Assembly (NCBI RefSeq): GCF_000143415.4
Contig: NW_003314289.1
Location: 919,886 to 983,885 of the forward strand
Length of the DNA: 64,000 nucleotides
Origin: Selaginella moellendorffii
Lineage: Eukaryota > Plantae > Lycopodiophyta
Reading direction: 5' to 3'
In this document: positions 60,701-64,000 of the stretch, one piece after another
How the letters are laid out: each line of letters begins with the position of its first letter
Numbering within the stretch: position 1 is the first letter of the stretch
Notes under the pieces: model-generated
What the model saw: only the letters and a program-made list of their open reading frames with translations
What the model was told of the DNA's origin: nothing
Database searches by the model: none
Made by a program: the position numbers and the translations under genes

Positions 60701-62649
60701 ACCATACGTAATCGCTAGATATATCTCCGCAGCCTAGAAGAGGAAAAATAAAGCCAAAAGCAATCAGTTAGCAGATATAAGTTACCAAATTTTTCTAATA
60801 CTGAACCTCCTTCAGCTTTTAACTGGTACTCCTGCGAAGATCCTGGGCTCCAAGGAAGAAATACAGCGCGGACACTTGTTGCACGCTCCAGTGCTATTAA
60901 AACAGGGGGGCACACAACAACTGCTTGCTCAAGCTTTAGCACCTGCATCAAATTGCACGATTGAGCCAAGAAAATTAATACAACAATACAAAGCACCTTC
61001 ACATCAGAATCAACGTTGTAGACAAGTTTAGCCACTATAGTTCCAGCGCCCTCAGCATTAGCTTTCAGCAGCGTCGCATTTTGCCATCCATGTTCGGATG
61101 AAACATCTTCGGGAACTTCAACAGCTTCCCAGTACGGCAGGTACGTGAAAAGAAGTCTCAAATCGTTACTCTGTCGCATACAAAAGTTAGCAAAAAAACA
61201 AAACGAAGAAGGAAAAGACCTGCGTCAGGTAAAGAGCACGAGCGGAGTCGAGAGCAAACGCCCGAACATTAACCACGTACTCCCTGCCGGACACGATGTA
61301 CCAAGTTTCCCCTGATACCCTGCCTTCGACATCCAGCTTGCGAGAATGCGCTTCCTTTTTGTAAAGGGGTAGGAGATGAAGTTCTAGTCTTGTGGGAATG
61401 ACAACATGCACAGTAGCCATTTGTTGATGCCCTTTAACTCTGACGTCTTCCACGATAACATTCGTTACGCCCACAACTTTTGCAGCAATAAGAGCGCTGT
61501 TTTGGTCAACCGAAGCGACAGCCTCGTTTGTAACAGACCACTTGTGATATACAGAAGGCAATGGAATCTCTGCATGGTCGCACAAACACGTGAGTTCCAA
61601 CAGAAGTCCGTGAAAACAGAAAAACATGTATACCTGATAAGACGTTTTTACGCATAGCCTTCAACTTGAACCGAAAGCTCGTTCCCGGAATAATATACAG
61701 AGGAGAGTGCGGCTCCAGAGAGATCGCCTCGGCAACAGTCAAGACCAATGTATCATCCAGCTCTTCCATTCTCGGTTCCACTAGCCTGGCCTTTACTCTC
61801 TCCTGTCCAGTACTCACTCCTCGGACAACGTATAAATCAGATCCAAACCCCTGAAGCACAGGCACACACAAAAAGATGAATTCTTTTCAGCGAATCGAAT
61901 GGATGTCTACCTGGTCCTCCAACTCTATTTGAGTACCAAGGTCTCCGCACATACAGCCGCAGTCGCTCAAAGGACTGTCTTTGAGAGGAACGTGTAGTAA
62001 TTTTTGAGGAAGCGTTTCGCCAGCAGGATCAAACGAAGATAGCTGCCACGCGAATTTCAATCCCACCAGCGATGAAAACACATTCTCTGGAAAGAAGACA
62101 GGAACCGCTCAATCGATCACAAACTAAAACACCAATCGTTTACCTTCGGCATCGAAAGCACGAATGCGCAGCGTCGCCCATCCATCGAGATCGAGTTTCA
62201 CGGAGTGATGAAATATTTGTATCCGAGAGATCTTATCGATGAAGACTTCGCAGCGCAGAATTTCCCCCGTGACAGTGTCGGTGGCATGGACCGCCGTCGC
62301 TTGCCTCTCCTCGAATGGAGAAAGCGGTGTGATCAAAGCGCTGGTGGAGCAATCGCTGGACGTGCCGTTGTACTCTGGAACAAGCGAGATAATGTCGTGA
62401 TGATCCCAAGTCCTGTCCAAAGAATCCAAATATCTCTACTGTTACACAAGAATGCCGCTCAGCTCACCAAACGAAGCAGCCATCGGTTCCCTGGAGCCGA
62501 TAGCGCACTGGAGTCGTCGTCCTCGGCGGAAGAAGAACATTGAGATTGCTGATGTGAGGCCTTCCTCCACGCGCGGGCAGCAATCCCAAGAACAAGAACA
62601 GGATCGCTGACGCTAGCAGCAGTGTATTCCTGATCTCGGCATTCGCCAT
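54707..62649 (-). CDS. GP210: Nuclear pore membrane glycoprotein GP210/Nup210 (many exons; spans an assembly gap)
   Basis: Signal peptide, PHISNLNVLLPP..T.PV.YRLQG.DGCF.W, CEVFIDKISRIQIFH, Ig-like repeats, C-terminal TM followed by TPPQPY.EYV.RTI..TPYY. Confidence 0.92.
58376..58475. other. Assembly gap (100 N)
   Basis: N run. Confidence 1.
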
Positions 62650-63019
62650 GATCTCGACCGCGCTGTCACGCGGGCACCATTTCTTCTCCAACACCTACCT
62701 AAAACCCTAAGCCCTAATCCGCCATAGCCAGAGAGGAAGATTCTCAAAGGCTTAAAGAATCTTTTCAAATCCAAAACATTCGCGCTTCTTTTTTATTACC
62801 ACACACAACCCCATTCCGCAAAACAAATGTTTTATGATACTATACAAAGAATTGCGCCTCCTCCTTACCATAGCTTTTCCATTCTTTCTACAAGCTCCAA
62901 TTTTTTCTTCTTCTTTCTTCTTCCTTCTTCTCCTTGCTTGCACCAATTCGACAATCACGAAAAGATTGATCTCTATATATGATCGAGCCTTGAATGACCA
63001 CGCCACCAATAAAACTTCA

Positions 63020-64000
63020 CTACCTTCTATGTGAAGAGCGCTCTGGAACGAGAAAAAAGGAAAAAAGGAAAAAAAAAAAAAACCCAGAAGAATCGTTAGA
63101 ACACAGCAAAGAAATCTCGAAAACTCGTACAAACCTCTCCCAATCGGTCTCAATTGCTGTGGTAGCCGGTTTTGGAGGTGTGGAGATGAAATTCCCTGCC
63201 GATGTTTCAAAGGTTTCCCACTGGGTCGTGACAACAATGGCGGCCGCGTTGCTGCTACTGGACGAGTTTTTCGCGGGGCTTTGCTCCTTGGCTGCGACAC
63301 TTGGAGGAGACGAGTTCTTCATTTTCAACGCGTCGAGGGCTTCCACAAATTTTTGGACTCTCCTGACCTTCGAGACAAAGAAACAAGGAGAGAGAAGTCA
63401 AGCACTCGCATCGGGAATCCAGATCGAAGGTTTTACCTGAATCCTTCTTTGGGCTTTAGCGTCACCAAAAGCTTCGATCCCATCCAGCTTCAGCAGCAGC
63501 ATCATCAAGGCCTCGGTTAGCGAGTCGAATTCGGACTCGGGGACCTCGACTCGTCTGTGAACATCGTTCTCTACCGTCAAAACCTGCAAATCCGAGAGAG
63601 AAGCAACACATAAGCCCGAGAGAAACTCTAAGCAAAGAAAACAAGAAAAGAGAGGAGTAGTACCCTTTCAGCAAGCTTATCGACCTCAGACTTAATGGCC
63701 GACACAGCTTTGGAGGTCCTCAAGATTCGTTCGTTGTGTCGGGACTCCTCTTGCTTCCTCTCGCGGCTCTCGGGATCCTCGATGAGCACTACTTTCGCCT
63801 TGTCCTTCACTCCAACTAGATGCAAGTAATCGCCACTGTCCTTCTCCTTCCCTCTGTAAAGGATCCTTTGCTCCCGGGCTTGCAACCCAGTCGGCTGGAC
63901 GAGCAATTTCTTCAAATCACCTGAAACACCACCATGATCTATCAGCAATTGAGCTGGGCGACACCACACAGATCTAAGACACCTACAAAGCAAAGAAAGA
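63020..64000 (-). CDS. BAG family co-chaperone (ubiquitin-like + BAG domain), 5' part outside window; 3' end uncertain
   Basis: TGLQAREQRILYRGKEK...L.GVKDKAKVVLIEDP, LM..LLKLDGIEA.GDAK.QRR, VVTTQWETFE. Confidence 0.9.

Overview
Eukaryotic (plant) genomic DNA. The very compact genes with about 50-70 bp introns, a PLS-class PPR gene and a putative axonemal gene suggest a flagellated-sperm land plant, most likely the lycophyte Selaginella (inference). The window has three zones. (1) About 1-24,000 is a transposon stack: a decayed Ty3/gypsy element (A) inserted in a decayed Helitron, two further LTR elements (B, C) nested in A with intact 5-bp TSDs, and an old inverted B-family relic. (2) About 24,300-46,600 is a rearranged defence/oxidoreductase-rich island. 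It holds two intact tRNA-Lys + D27-like units plus pseudo-copies, tRNA-Leu, a GNA-type lectin head-to-head with an unusual hevein-GH18 chitinase, a BCS1-type AAA-ATPase pseudogene, two GS-OX-like FMOs (one abutting a Helitron 3' end), an orphan gene, a chimeric lectin with an unrecognised N-terminal domain, a glyoxal oxidase, and mosaics of fragments of these genes. (3) About 46,600-64,000 is gene-dense and mostly housekeeping: a TEX49-like gene, a coiled-coil protein, an RlmE/FtsJ methyltransferase head-to-head with a PPR gene (29 bp between ATGs), two tandem CDT/CYSTM Cys-rich peptide genes absent from the ORF track, GP210/Nup210 and a partial BAG gene. Exon structures were read by eye; homology calls come from recalled motifs, not database searches.
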